Assembly (NCBI GenBank): GCA_003171335.1
Contig: PMYD01000089.1
Location: 34,958-98,957 of the forward strand
DNA: 64,000 nucleotides
Reading direction: 5' to 3'
Source of the DNA: Phycisphaerales bacterium
GTDB taxonomy: Bacteria > Planctomycetota > Phycisphaerae > SM23-33 > FEN-1343
Under the pieces are notes generated by a model that was not told the DNA's origin, ran no database searches, and saw only the letters and a list, made by a program, of their open reading frames with translations. Positions 1 through 10,124 of this stretch are shown here, piece by piece. Positions within the stretch are counted from its first letter, which is position 1. The number at the start of each line of letters is the position of its first letter. The position numbers were made by a program, and so were the translations under genes.

Positions 1-1946
1 TAAGTTTGGCGATGACCAACAACACCATCCTGGGCGGCATCAGCAACTTTGCAATCAACGATTACGGCACGGGAAACACGAACCCCGCGGTCCCCACTTC
101 CGGCAAGAAGATTGTCGTCGAGCCCGACAAGTATGAAGCGGGCCGTGCGAACATCGCCATCTACAACTATGACCAGAGCTCGAGTGTTTCGGTAAACGTT
201 TCCTCCGCCGGCCTGGTCAGCGGCTGGAGCTATGAGGTTCGCGATGCGCAGAATTACTTCGGCGCTGCGGTGACCAGCGGCACGTACACCGGCGCGCCCA
301 TTTCCATTCCGATGACCACCGAGTTCCCGGCCATGCCCCTGGCATTGGTGAATCCGCCGCTGTCCACGTGCCCGGCCTTTGGCAGCTTCGTGATTCGTGC
401 GGTGAACAACGCGCCGGTGGTTACCGTCGCCGCCAACCAGACGGTCACCCTGCCCGTCAACTCGGCGACGATCTCCGGCACCACCAGCGACGATGGGCTG
501 CCGGCCGGCCATGCCGTGACCACCGCCTGGACCCAGGTCTCCGGTCCGGCGGCCGCCACCATCACCAATGCGTCGGCCCTGAGTACGACCGTGACCTGCC
601 CGAATGCCGGCACGTACACCTTCCGCTTGACCGCCAGCGATTCGGCCCTGACCGGCTATGGCGACCAGTCGATCACGGTCGTCGACCTCAACGCCAAACG
701 GCTCATGCAGCTGAGTTTCAGCGAAGGCACCGGCCTTACCGCCTTTGACTCCTCCGGCAGCGGAAACAACGGCACGCGGACCGCCGTCGGGGCGGCGCCG
801 CTGCCGACCTGGACCACCACCGGGCCGACCGGCTTTGGCGGCGCCATGCAGTTCGACTCCAACGGCACCCACGTGGATTACGTGGGCGTGCCTTCGTTCC
901 CCCTCACCAACCCCGCCACCGGCACGAACACGGACTTCACCATCGCGTTCTGGTTCAACCCCGGCAACAGTATCGACGCCAACCACAGCAGCTACCACTA
1001 CATGTTCAGTTGGGGCGGCCTGTCCACCGCCAACAGCATTAACGTGTGGCTGACATGCGCCAGCGAGACGCCATCCGGCATTGGAATTCGCACCTTGGCG
1101 TCGGACTCGGCCGGAACCCATCTGAGCAACGATCCGCCTTGGCAGGCGCCGACTCCCGGTGACACCCTGGACGTGTATGATACGTACACTGCCGGTACGG
1201 GCACTTATGCCACCTACCATTTTGCCGATGGCAACTGGCACCATTATGCCCTGACCTTCTCGGCCACTACGGGCAGGACGGTGTACATCGACGGCAACGC
1301 CTTGATCACCGACATGAAGGACGTCGGGCATTCCGTCGTGCCCAACACCTCGAAGCTCTATATCGGCTGCCGTTGCGACACCAATAACGTCCGAAACTAC
1401 GGCGGCCAGATGGACGAGGTGATCGTGATTAGCCACGCCCTGGACGCCAACAACGTTCTGGCACTCATGCAGGTCCAGAACTTGGCCCCCACGGCCAATG
1501 CGGGGCCCAACAAGAAGATCATGCTGTGCACCACCCCCCTCATCAATTCGGTGGCGCTGGCCGGCACGATCAGCGATGATGGCCAGCCCAACCCGCCGGC
1601 CACCTGCACAGCCGCCTGGAGCAAGTTGTCCGGCCCCCCCGCGGCTGTGACGTTCGCCAACCCGGCCGCGGCCAGCACCACGGCCACATTCACCAGCGCG
1701 GGAACCTACGTGCTGCAACTGACCGCCAACGACTCCGTGCTGACCGGCACGAGCAACGTGACGGTGATCATCCTGGCGCCGGGCGACTTCAACGGCGACG
1801 GCAGAGTCGACGGCGTGGACTTCCTGAACTGGCAGAGCCATTACCCCACCACCAGCGGCGGCACCTGCGATCACGGCGACGCCAACGGTGACGGCAAGGT
1901 CGATGGTGTGGACTTCCTGATCTGGCAGTCGCATTACCACGGCTAA
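1..1946 (+). CDS. Secreted multidomain protein with Ig-like repeats, a LamG/concanavalin-like domain and two C-terminal dockerin-type repeats; probably 5'-truncated by the window edge
   Basis: ORF 6..1946 shows no signal peptide at its first Met, so the N-terminus is probably upstream of the window. About 95-aa repeats carry the motif GT(I/V)SDDGLP...TWS.(V/L)SGP. The central region is laminin-G/lectin-like. The C-terminus has two DFNGDG(R/K)VDGVDFL.WQ calcium-binding dockerin type-I-like repeats. A strong terminator follows. Confidence 0.6.
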   Translation, partial: SLAMTNNTILGGISNFAINDYGTGNTNPAVPTSGKKIVVEPDKYEAGRANIAIYNYDQSSSVSVNVSSAGLVSGWSYEVRDAQNYFGAAVTSGTYTGAPISIPMTTEFPAMPLALVNPPLSTCPAFGSFVIRAVNNAPVVTVAANQTVTLPVNSATISGTTSDDGLPAGHAVTTAWTQVSGPAAATITNASALSTTVTCPNAGTYTFRLTASDSALTGYGDQSITVVDLNAKRLMQLSFSEGTGLTAFDSSGSGNNGTRTAVGAAPLPTWTTTGPTGFGGAMQFDSNGTHVDYVGVPSFPLTNPATGTNTDFTIAFWFNPGNSIDANHSSYHYMFSWGGLSTANSINVWLTCASETPSGIGIRTLASDSAGTHLSNDPPWQAPTPGDTLDVYDTYTAGTGTYATYHFADGNWHHYALTFSATTGRTVYIDGNALITDMKDVGHSVVPNTSKLYIGCRCDTNNVRNYGGQMDEVIVISHALDANNVLALMQVQNLAPTANAGPNKKIMLCTTPLINSVALAGTISDDGQPNPPATCTAAWSKLSGPPAAVTFANPAAASTTATFTSAGTYVLQLTANDSVLTGTSNVTVIILAPGDFNGDGRVDGVDFLNWQSHYPTTSGGTCDHGDANGDGKVDGVDFLIWQSHYHG

Positions 1947-1955
1947 GCGAGTTTC

Positions 1956-2007
1956 TTCCCGCCAGGGCGGCGGATCCACCCGGATCCGCCGCCCTGGGGT
2001 TTTTTGA
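1956..2007 (+). terminator. Rho-independent terminator
   Basis: GC-rich inverted repeat CCCGCCAGGGCGGCGGATCC / GGATCCGCCGCCCTGGGG followed by TTTTTTG immediately after the stop at 1946. Confidence 0.75.
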
Positions 2008-2365
2008 TTCCTGGAGGCTTCCGTCTGGACCCGTTGTGAGTTCCTTCCCACCCCGCCGGCGCTGGCAGCGGCCAGCCGGCGGCGATGGCGAAAGCTTTTT
2101 TGCACGCGCGTGATGGCTCGGCCCCAAATGACTGGACCTCTTCACGAGCCGATCTGTCTGTCGTAGGCGCACGGGTTATCAGTTGTCCGCCGAGGATGCG
2201 TCCGAAGGCACGATGGAGGTTGAAGCATTCCTGCCGCTTTGCCCAGCGCAAGAGGAAGGATCCCACCGTCCACCCTGCCAAAGACAGCCGTGCCAAAGGT
2301 GCGACCTTTGCGGCAGCCCTCGAAGTGATGTGTGAAACGCCGGCGTACCTCGAAAAGGATGCGAC

Positions 2366-5227
2366 ATGAAATCTGCAATCCTGCTGTCGGCCGGCGTATT
2401 GTGCATCTCCCTTCTGGTCTGCCCCGCAGTGGCCAAAGACTGGTACATCTCACCTTCGGGCCTGCCCGGCAATGCCGGCACACAGGCGTCGCCGTGGGAT
2501 ATCTCCTCGGCGCTCAATGGCAGCAAGAATGGCAGCATTATGCCCGGCGATACAGTCTGGATGATGGATGGAACCTACATCGGCGATCGCGCCGGCCTCA
2601 ACGGGAACCTGTGGGTCAAGCTGCTGGGCTCCCCCAGTGCGCACATCACCCTGCGACCTGTTCCCGGCGCGCATGCCAAGATTGACGGCGGCCTGGCCGT
2701 TGGCGAAGTCGAGAATTACGGCCAGGGAAACGTGTACACCCCCAGCGAATGGCTGGACATCCGCGATATTGAAATGGCCTCGACGCCGTGGCTGAACAAT
2801 GTCATTTCCCAGCAGTCCGGCCCCTGGCCGGGTGACATTCCCTTGCCATTTGGCGGCGCCAATTTCTTTTGCGGCACCGGCATCCGGGTGATCAACTGCG
2901 TTCTTCATGCCGGCTCGGAAGGCATCTCCTGCTGGCAGGAAGTCACGAACTTTGAGGCCTACGGCAACCTCATCTACGGCTGCGGCTGGGAGGCCCCTGA
3001 TCGCGGCCACGGTCACTGCATCTACACACAGAATGGCGACCCCAACGGCAAGTTCTACCGCGATAACTATTTATCCACTCGCTACCCCGCCGGGCAGCAG
3101 ACGATACAGGCCTATGGCAGCGGAGATGCCAATACCTCCCACTTCTGGGTCGAAGACAACATCGCCACCGATGGCGGTCAGTTCCTGGTGGGCGGCGGCG
3201 GTCCTTCCGATGACAACCACCTGCTGGGCAATATCCTCAATGGGTGCGCTATGTGGGCCGGTTACAGCTTCTCCGCCTACAACCTCAGGTACGAAGTGCG
3301 AGACAATTGGGTCGTTAATGAGAGCATTAATTACTGGCGGATTCAGAACCTGACGGCCAGCAACAACACGGTCATCAACGGAACGATCAACCTTTATCCT
3401 TATCCTGCCACGCCCAATGGGGTGGTCACGCAGGGTTCACCCGTTCCCAGCCAACCGACGATCTTCCTCAAGCCCAATGCCTACGACCCCGCGCGAGCCC
3501 ATCTGGTCATTTTCAACTGGCACAACGCAACGAGTGTCCCTGTAAACTTCGGCGGCCTGGTCGCCTCCGGCGGACCTTTCCGGCTGATGGATCCCAAGAA
3601 CTTCTATGGAACGCCCTTGTTTCAAGGCTATGCCGATGCGACCGGCAGCGCCAATGTTCCTACCGTGGATGCCAACCACAATCCCACGCTGTTCAATGTC
3701 TTCGTTGTGCTTGCCGGCGCCCTGGGCAACATGGCCCCGCAGGCGAATGCCGGGCTTGACCAGTCGGTCACGCCGCCGGCGAACACCGCGACATTGACCG
3801 GCACCGTGACCGACGACGGCCTGCCCACCGGCGCGGTTGTGACGCACACCTGGAGCCAGGTCTCCGGCCCCGCCGCCACGATCGCCAATCCTTCGGCCTT
3901 GTCCACGTTGGTCACCCTGTCGGGCGGCCCGGGAATCTACGTGTTCCGCCTCTCGGCCAGCGACACGGCCCTGAGCAGCTATGACGACTGCCAGGTCACG
4001 CTCATCGGCAATCGACCTCCCGTGGTGAGTGCTGGGGCCGACCAGCACGTCTCTCTGCCGGCGACGACGGCCACGTTGGCCGGCACGGTCAGCGATGACG
4101 GCCTGCCGCCTCCCGGCACCGTCACGTTGGCCTGGACCCTGCAAAGCGGACCCGGAACGGTCAGCTTCGCCAATGCGGCCGCCGCCGCCACGACGGCGAC
4201 GTTTTCCACGACCGGCACGTACGTGCTGCGCCTGACCGCCAGTGATTCAATCCTCCAGGGTTACGCCCAGTGCACCATCACCGTCCAGCCGCCCGGCTTC
4301 GGCGAGCAACCTTTTGCAGGGGTCCCCTGGCTTCTGCCTTGCCGCATCGAGGCGGAGAACTACGACCTGGGCGGGCAGAACGTCGCCTACTATGACACCA
4401 CCCCGGGCAACTCCGGCGGGGCGTATCGCACCGACGATGTCGACATCCGCGTCACCACGGATGTCCGCGGCGGTTACCTCGCCAAGGACATCGTCGCCGG
4501 AGAGTGGCTGAAATACACGGTCAACGTGCCCTGCCTGGGGGTCTACAGCATCAGCGTCCGCACGGCTGGAACCAACACCGGCAAGTATCTGCACATCGAG
4601 TGCGATGGCAACGACGTGACAGGGCACATCAACCTGCCCGCCACCGCGGATTGGGATAACGGAGTGACGACGACCGCGCCCAACTGTGTGCTTCCGGCCG
4701 GCATTCACATCCTCCGGGTGTACTTCGACACGAACGAGTTCAACTTCAACTGGTTCCAAATCGCCACGGTCAATGCCGCCCCAGCCGCCAGCGCCGGGCC
4801 GAACCTGAAGGTGATGATCTCCAACGCCCTGACGTTGGCCGGCTCGATCAGCGATGATGGCCACCCTAGCCCGCCGGCCGCCTGCTCGGCCGCCTGGAGC
4901 AAGCTCTCCGGGCCCGGCACGGTTACATTTACCAACCCGGCAGCGGCCCTCACGACGGCCACCTTCTCCACCGCCGGCACCTACATGTTGCAGTTGACGG
5001 CAAATGATTCGCAGTTTTCCAGCACGAGCACCACGACCGTGACCGTCCTGGCGCCCGGCGATTTCAATGGCGACGGCCTGGTCAACGGCGCGGATTTCCT
5101 CATCTGGCAGCAGCATTACCCGATGCTCAGCGGTGCGGCCGTAAGCGATGGCGACGCCACCGGCGACGGGAAGGTCGATGGCCAGGATTTCCTGGTCTGG
5201 CAGCAGAACTACAAGCCGATGCCGTAG
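2366..5227 (+). CDS. Secreted right-handed beta-helix (pectate-lyase-fold) protein with Ig-like repeats, a CBM6/CBM35-like carbohydrate-binding module and C-terminal dockerin repeats
   Basis: Signal peptide MKSAILLSAGVLCISLLVCPAVA, preceded by RBS AAAAGGA. The N-terminal domain has beta-helix-like repeats (NCVLHAGSEGISCWQ...). Three SDDGLP Ig-like repeats follow. A CBM6-like segment reads CRIEAENYDLGGQNVAYYDTTPGNSGGAYRTDDVDIRVT. The C-terminus has two DFNGDGLVNGADFLIWQ dockerin-like repeats. Confidence 0.7.
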   Translation: MKSAILLSAGVLCISLLVCPAVAKDWYISPSGLPGNAGTQASPWDISSALNGSKNGSIMPGDTVWMMDGTYIGDRAGLNGNLWVKLLGSPSAHITLRPVPGAHAKIDGGLAVGEVENYGQGNVYTPSEWLDIRDIEMASTPWLNNVISQQSGPWPGDIPLPFGGANFFCGTGIRVINCVLHAGSEGISCWQEVTNFEAYGNLIYGCGWEAPDRGHGHCIYTQNGDPNGKFYRDNYLSTRYPAGQQTIQAYGSGDANTSHFWVEDNIATDGGQFLVGGGGPSDDNHLLGNILNGCAMWAGYSFSAYNLRYEVRDNWVVNESINYWRIQNLTASNNTVINGTINLYPYPATPNGVVTQGSPVPSQPTIFLKPNAYDPARAHLVIFNWHNATSVPVNFGGLVASGGPFRLMDPKNFYGTPLFQGYADATGSANVPTVDANHNPTLFNVFVVLAGALGNMAPQANAGLDQSVTPPANTATLTGTVTDDGLPTGAVVTHTWSQVSGPAATIANPSALSTLVTLSGGPGIYVFRLSASDTALSSYDDCQVTLIGNRPPVVSAGADQHVSLPATTATLAGTVSDDGLPPPGTVTLAWTLQSGPGTVSFANAAAAATTATFSTTGTYVLRLTASDSILQGYAQCTITVQPPGFGEQPFAGVPWLLPCRIEAENYDLGGQNVAYYDTTPGNSGGAYRTDDVDIRVTTDVRGGYLAKDIVAGEWLKYTVNVPCLGVYSISVRTAGTNTGKYLHIECDGNDVTGHINLPATADWDNGVTTTAPNCVLPAGIHILRVYFDTNEFNFNWFQIATVNAAPAASAGPNLKVMISNALTLAGSISDDGHPSPPAACSAAWSKLSGPGTVTFTNPAAALTTATFSTAGTYMLQLTANDSQFSSTSTTTVTVLAPGDFNGDGLVNGADFLIWQQHYPMLSGAAVSDGDATGDGKVDGQDFLVWQQNYKPMP

Positions 5228-5468
5228 CGAATTTCAGGCCCCAGGGTCTGATGGGAAGACTCGCATGAACGAATAGTGGCGCCGCTGAGCCTGCCACGTG
5301 ATTCGCAGGCGAGGGAGCGTACGCTTGAACGTAGAGCCGTTACACATGGAGTTGCGTTTTCCTGACCTGTCACAGAAAGAGTCCCGAACTGGCGAAAGCC
5401 GTGGTATAATGTGGTTTACAACCTTCAGGCAGTAAGCCCGCCTGCACGCAACGAAGAAGGAGGAGGTT

Positions 5469-8400
5469 ATGTTCCGATCCGTGACCCTCATGAGCTTGTC
5501 GATGCTGCTGATTGCCCTTACGAACGCCCCGCCGATGGCCGGCGCGGCTATTGTGCTGAATGAGGACTTCGACAGCGGCGGCTTGAACGTGCCCCTGTGC
5601 ATAATCAATACGAGCAACCCCTCCCGGCCCGCCATCACCCTGGCCGGCCGGTATAACTGGCCTGAAGACCCCAGCCAGTGGGCGTGGATGATGTTCTCCA
5701 TGACCGGGGCAAATGCCACCACGCCCCAATTCACCGTGTTGGCAAGCAATATCGGCGGCGGGGTTTATTACCCAGCGAGCTGGACACGCTATGTCTACAG
5801 CTATGACCAGCAGAATTGGTTCTTCTTCGACAACGGCTCGCTGAATTCCGGGTCGCTCATTTACAGCTTCAGCAACAATTCCGCGTTCAATCAGAACACC
5901 GTGTATGTCGCCCTGGGCATTCCTTATCCCTGCTGGCGGACCGCGGCGTTCGTGGCCTCCATCAAGAGCAATCCCTACGTGAAACCCACCGCCAGCGCCG
6001 ATGCGAATTGCATTGTCGGGAACACCCCTGGCACCTACGGGCACGACGCCAACGGCAATCTGTATTACGATGACATGGGCCGAGTGGTCCCGTCCATGCC
6101 CGTTTTCGGCTTCATGATCAACGACGCCAACGCCACCGGCCCCAAGACCCGCGTGGTGATGCAGAGCGGCAACCACGGCGCTGAGCACTGGGCGCATTAT
6201 GCCCTGGAGGGTATGGTCCAGGCGCTGCTGTCGAACGATCCGAACATGGTCGCCCTGCGGCAGAAGGCGATCTTCTTCATCTATCCGGACGTCAATCCGG
6301 AAGGCAATTACTGCGGCTACTGGCGCTCGACGCCCGTCAACCCGGGTAACCTTCCTGGTCTTACCGCGGACCACAACCGGCTCTGGGCCGACCCCAACGG
6401 CCTGGCCGTCGGCTTTGGCGGTCCCACCAGGAATCCGGAAATTGCCATCGTCGAGAACGCCCAGCGCGCTGATGCTGGAAGCGCCGAATACTTCCTCGAT
6501 GTGCATGGCACCTGGGATCCCACTTCAGGTCCGGATTATCTGAATCTCACCTCCTACAATTCCGCCTTGGCGAACAACCTTCGTCTGATTGATCCGGGCG
6601 ATATCGGAGCGGAAACTTACTGGGGCGATCTGCGGTTTGCGATGGGGTACGCCTCGGCGCCGGTTTCTACCGGCGGCCTGGCCGCGGTCACCAGCCTCAC
6701 GCCCGAGATCGGCATGAAGGCCGGAGAGACCGCCGACTATAACCGGCAACTGGGCAAGTACTATATGATGGCCCTGTACGCCACGCTGAACGCCCCGGGT
6801 AACAATTTTCCCCCGACCGTCAGCGCCGGCGCCAACCAGACCATCCACCTGCCGACAAACACGGCAAGCTTGGCCGGCACCGTCAGCGATGATGGCCTGC
6901 CGACCGGCTCGGCCGTCACCGTTACCTGGAGCAAGGTCAGCGGCCCGGGCACGGTCACCTTCGCCAACGCCAGCGCCGCGGCCACCCGGGCGACCTTCTC
7001 GACCTCGGGCACCTACATCCTCCGCCTGACCGCCACGGACACGGCTTTGCCGACCTTCGCGCAAATGCAAGTCACGGTAGCCTCGGGCAATGCACCCCCT
7101 GTAGTCAACGCGGGAGCCAACCAGAGCATTACGCTGCCCATCAACACCGTCAACCTGGTCGGTACGGTCAGCGATGACGGTCTGCCCACCGGGGCGGCCG
7201 TGACGACCACCTGGAGCCGCCTGGGCGGCCCGGGCAGCGTCACCTTCGCCAACCCCAGCGCCTTGAGCACCACAGCCACGTTCTCAACGGCGGGCACCTA
7301 TGTATTGCAACTAGCGGCCAGCGACACGGCGTTGACTGGCACCAGCAACCTGCAGGTTACGGTTATCCCCGCGAATCAGGCTCCCGTAGTTAATGCCGGT
7401 GCGAATCAGGCCATCACGCTGCCGGTTAACACCGTCGCGCTGGCCGGTACGGTCAGCGATGATGGTCTGCCCACCGGGGCGGCTGTGACGACCACATGGA
7501 GCCGCCTCAGCGGTCCGGGCAACGTGACCTTCGCCAACACCAGCGCCTTGAGCACCGCGGCCACGTTCTCAACGGCGGGCACGTACCTGCTGCAACTGGC
7601 GGCCAGCGACACGGCTCTGACTGGCACGAGCAATATTCAGGTTACGGTTGCCCCCGGCGTTAATCAGGCTCCGGTAGTCAGCGCCGGTGCTAACCAGGGC
7701 ATCACGCTGCCGATCAACACCGTTGCGCTGACCGGTACGGTCAGCGATGACGGCCTGCCCTTCGGGGCGGCCGTGACGACCACATGGAGCCGCCTGGGCG
7801 GCCCGGGCAGCGTCACCTTCACCAACGCCAGCGCCTTGAGCACCACAGCCACGTTCTCAACGGCGGGCACGTACATGCTGCAACTGGCGGCCAGCGACAC
7901 GGCTCTGACTGGCACGAGCAACATGCAGGTTACGGTTGCCCCCCCGGGTAATCAGGCTCCCGTGGTCAGTGCCGGTGCGAATCAGACCATCACGCTGCCG
8001 GCCAACACCGTCGCGCTGGCCGGTACGGTCAGCGATGACGGACTGCCCACGCCTCCCGGCGCCGTCACGCTGGCCTGGACCCTGCAAAGCGGGCCCGGAA
8101 CGGTCAGCTTCGCCAATGCGGCCGCCGCCGCCACGACGGCCACGTTTTCGACGGCCGGTACGTACGTGCTGCGCCTGACGGCCAGCGACACGGCGTTGAC
8201 ATCGTATGGCCAGTGCACAGTCGTGGTGCAGCCGCCAGCGTCGCCGTCGCACGCAGAACGCATCCTGATTGATGTCGGTGACCCAACGACCGGCAGTGGC
8301 ACGGGTTGGAACAATTTCACCGTACATCCTCACTGGTCTGGCACTCCGGGCGTGGACCAGGATGGTTACGATGTGTACCTGCAAGAGCTTGCTCCTGGCG

Positions 8401-9335
8401 CCGTGGTTGACTCCAACAATGCCAATCTTCCCGGCGTGGCGTTCGGCGTCTCGAACCTCGACGATGTCAGAACCAATTCCGGCACGGCCAACAGCTACAC
8501 CGTGGATGGTCTGACCTATCCCCTCACCGCAACCGAGGACATCGCCCAGAGCGTTGACGCGACCCAAGGCGATATTAATGGCCCAACGACCGGTTACATG
8601 GCCAGACTCATCATCTCCGGCCTGACCGGCTCGTCCTATAATGTCCGCCTGCTGAGCGCGCGCGACAGCGGTGGCACTCGGTTGGGCTACTTCCGCATCA
8701 ATGGCGGCGCCATCCAGTCCGTTGACTCGGGCAATGCCCCGGCCCTTTTGACCTTCCCCAAATGTGCTCCGGCCGCCATTACCTGCGGCCAGACGAACCT
8801 TTCAAACGCCATCGAAGTGGAGTTCTGGGGCACAGTCGGTGGTACCGTGGACCTGAACCTGATCGATATGGTTGCCGTTCCCTCCAACACTCCCCCGACG
8901 GTCACCGCCAGCGCCGTGTACCCCAAAGTCATGATTCCCAACGGCCTGTCTCTGAGTGGCACGGTCAGCGATGATGGCCTGCCCGCCGGCAGCACGGTCA
9001 CGGTCGCCTGGAGCGAGGTCTCCGGCCCCGGCAACGTGACCTTCGCCAATCCGACCGCTACCAGCACGATGGCCACCTTCTCCTCGGCCGGCACCTACGT
9101 GCTCCAGTTGGCGGCCAGCGACACGGATAAGACCGGCACGGGCAACGTGACCGTGACCGTCCTGGCCCCTGCCGATTTCAACGGCGATGGCAAGGTCGAC
9201 GGCGTGGACTTCCTGATCTGGCAGAGCCATTACCCCACCGCCAGCGGCGGCAAGCCGGAGAGCGGCGATGCCAACGGCGATGGCAAGGTTGATGGCGTGG
9301 ACTTCCTGATCTGGCAGTCGCACTATACCGGGTAA
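5469..9335 (+). CDS. Secreted M14-family zinc carboxypeptidase-like domain fused to 8-9 tandem Ig-like repeats and a C-terminal dockerin module
   Basis: Strong RBS GAAGGAGGAGG and a signal peptide. An HxxE zinc motif (SGNHGAEHW) and a downstream LDVHGTW histidine are typical of M14 peptidases. Nearly identical ~95-aa repeats follow (APVVNAGANQ.ITLP.NTV.L.GTVSDDGLPTGAAVTTTWSRL.GPG.VTFAN.SALSTTATFSTAGTY.LQLAASDTALTGTSN.QVTV). The C-terminus has dockerin repeats, followed by a terminator. Confidence 0.7.
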   Translation: MFRSVTLMSLSMLLIALTNAPPMAGAAIVLNEDFDSGGLNVPLCIINTSNPSRPAITLAGRYNWPEDPSQWAWMMFSMTGANATTPQFTVLASNIGGGVYYPASWTRYVYSYDQQNWFFFDNGSLNSGSLIYSFSNNSAFNQNTVYVALGIPYPCWRTAAFVASIKSNPYVKPTASADANCIVGNTPGTYGHDANGNLYYDDMGRVVPSMPVFGFMINDANATGPKTRVVMQSGNHGAEHWAHYALEGMVQALLSNDPNMVALRQKAIFFIYPDVNPEGNYCGYWRSTPVNPGNLPGLTADHNRLWADPNGLAVGFGGPTRNPEIAIVENAQRADAGSAEYFLDVHGTWDPTSGPDYLNLTSYNSALANNLRLIDPGDIGAETYWGDLRFAMGYASAPVSTGGLAAVTSLTPEIGMKAGETADYNRQLGKYYMMALYATLNAPGNNFPPTVSAGANQTIHLPTNTASLAGTVSDDGLPTGSAVTVTWSKVSGPGTVTFANASAAATRATFSTSGTYILRLTATDTALPTFAQMQVTVASGNAPPVVNAGANQSITLPINTVNLVGTVSDDGLPTGAAVTTTWSRLGGPGSVTFANPSALSTTATFSTAGTYVLQLAASDTALTGTSNLQVTVIPANQAPVVNAGANQAITLPVNTVALAGTVSDDGLPTGAAVTTTWSRLSGPGNVTFANTSALSTAATFSTAGTYLLQLAASDTALTGTSNIQVTVAPGVNQAPVVSAGANQGITLPINTVALTGTVSDDGLPFGAAVTTTWSRLGGPGSVTFTNASALSTTATFSTAGTYMLQLAASDTALTGTSNMQVTVAPPGNQAPVVSAGANQTITLPANTVALAGTVSDDGLPTPPGAVTLAWTLQSGPGTVSFANAAAAATTATFSTAGTYVLRLTASDTALTSYGQCTVVVQPPASPSHAERILIDVGDPTTGSGTGWNNFTVHPHWSGTPGVDQDGYDVYLQELAPGAVVDSNNANLPGVAFGVSNLDDVRTNSGTANSYTVDGLTYPLTATEDIAQSVDATQGDINGPTTGYMARLIISGLTGSSYNVRLLSARDSGGTRLGYFRINGGAIQSVDSGNAPALLTFPKCAPAAITCGQTNLSNAIEVEFWGTVGGTVDLNLIDMVAVPSNTPPTVTASAVYPKVMIPNGLSLSGTVSDDGLPAGSTVTVAWSEVSGPGNVTFANPTATSTMATFSSAGTYVLQLAASDTDKTGTGNVTVTVLAPADFNGDGKVDGVDFLIWQSHYPTASGGKPESGDANGDGKVDGVDFLIWQSHYTG
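7081..8230 (+). repeat. Intragenic tandem array of ~290-300-bp near-identical DNA repeats, each encoding one Ig-like domain
   Basis: Consecutive units at about 7081, 7376, 7672, 7966 are ~85-90% identical at the DNA level. One repeat type (8000-8200) is ~90% identical to 4070-4260 in the neighbouring gene. Confidence 0.75.
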
Positions 9336-9392
9336 CAGCCTGATGAGAGACCGGCGCTGACGGCGGACTAAATCAGAACCGTCGCGTGTCCA

Positions 9393-9434
9393 AAAAGAGA
9401 GACCCGCAAGCTCTGGACTTGCGGGTCTTTTTTT
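9393..9434 (+). terminator. Rho-independent terminator (bidirectional-looking: A-run, stem, T-run)
   Basis: AAAAAGAGA GACCCGCAAGCTCTGGACTTGCGGGTC TTTTTTT immediately after the 1288-aa gene. Confidence 0.8.
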
Positions 9435-9439
9435 GCGAT

Positions 9440-9510
9440 CTGGGGAACTAGGATTCGAACCTAGACTAACTGATCCAGAGTCAGTTGTGCTGCCGTTACA
9501 CTATTCCCCA
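9440..9510 (-). tRNA. tRNA-Gln (anticodon CTG)
   Basis: The reverse complement reads TGGGGAATAGTGTAACGGCAGCACAACTGACTCTGGATCAGTTAGTCTAGGTTCGAATCCTAGTTCCCCAG. The acceptor stem is 7 bp, the anticodon stem is ACTGA/TCAGT with loop CTCTGGA (anticodon CUG), the T arm is CTAGG-TTCGAAT-CCTAG, and the discriminator is G. No CCA is encoded. Confidence 0.85.
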
Positions 9511-9661
9511 GTAAGGCTTAGGGGTCGCACGGCCGACACCAAAAGGGGCGTCAGCTGGACGCCCAGAGACACCAGAAGTGTAGTCATCCTGGCGGGCAAG
9601 TCAAGTATCTGGCCGCGGCAGGTGGACAGCTTTGAACTGGCCCCGTTCCGGCAGCCGACCC

Positions 9662-10009
9662 CTATGCGGCGACCGCGATGATGGGTTCGTCGGCGCAGAG
9701 CGTGGCCATGGGCCGTTCGAATTCGATGCCCAGCTGGTGCATGCCGTCGGCCATGTGGCACCGGCGAATGATGCCGCAGATGTTCCGCACGCTCATGCCG
9801 GCTCCCGGCAGGCGGACCATGACCCGCTGGCCCGGGTAGTGCCAGCGGCCCGCCAGGGCGCCCAGGCCCCCGCGGCTGATGTCTACCATTTCAACCTGTT
9901 CCACCACGTCCCCGCCGTCGGGGTCCAGGCGGGTTAATTGCACGGGCATGCGAACTTGCGTCCGCGGGTACAGCCGCCGCTCGGCCAGCAACGTTTCAGT
10001 GCCTAGCAT
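9662..10009 (-). CDS. PilZ domain protein (c-di-GMP receptor-like)
   Basis: RxxxR (ERRLYPR) and D.S.GG (DISRGGLG) PilZ motifs. The longest ORF would overlap the divergent cobA start, so the internal Met at 10009 (MLGTETLL...), which puts RxxxR near the N-terminus, is preferred. Confidence 0.6.
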   Translation of the reverse strand: MLGTETLLAERRLYPRTQVRMPVQLTRLDPDGGDVVEQVEMVDISRGGLGALAGRWHYPGQRVMVRLPGAGMSVRNICGIIRRCHMADGMHQLGIEFERPMATLCADEPIIAVAA

Positions 10010-10124
10010 ATTTCGCGCTCCACGAGGGATTTGCCTCGTTGGTCGCATCGACCGACCAGAGGGGCAACTTGATTTGTGCGTAACGGTTTTGCGGTCTGTA
10101 GGGTTGGCCCTGTAGAATGCGACC

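Noticed and set aside
5370-6506. 378-aa minus-strand ORF
   Set aside because: Antisense to the M14-peptidase domain region, which has signal peptide, RBS and an HxxE motif on the plus strand.
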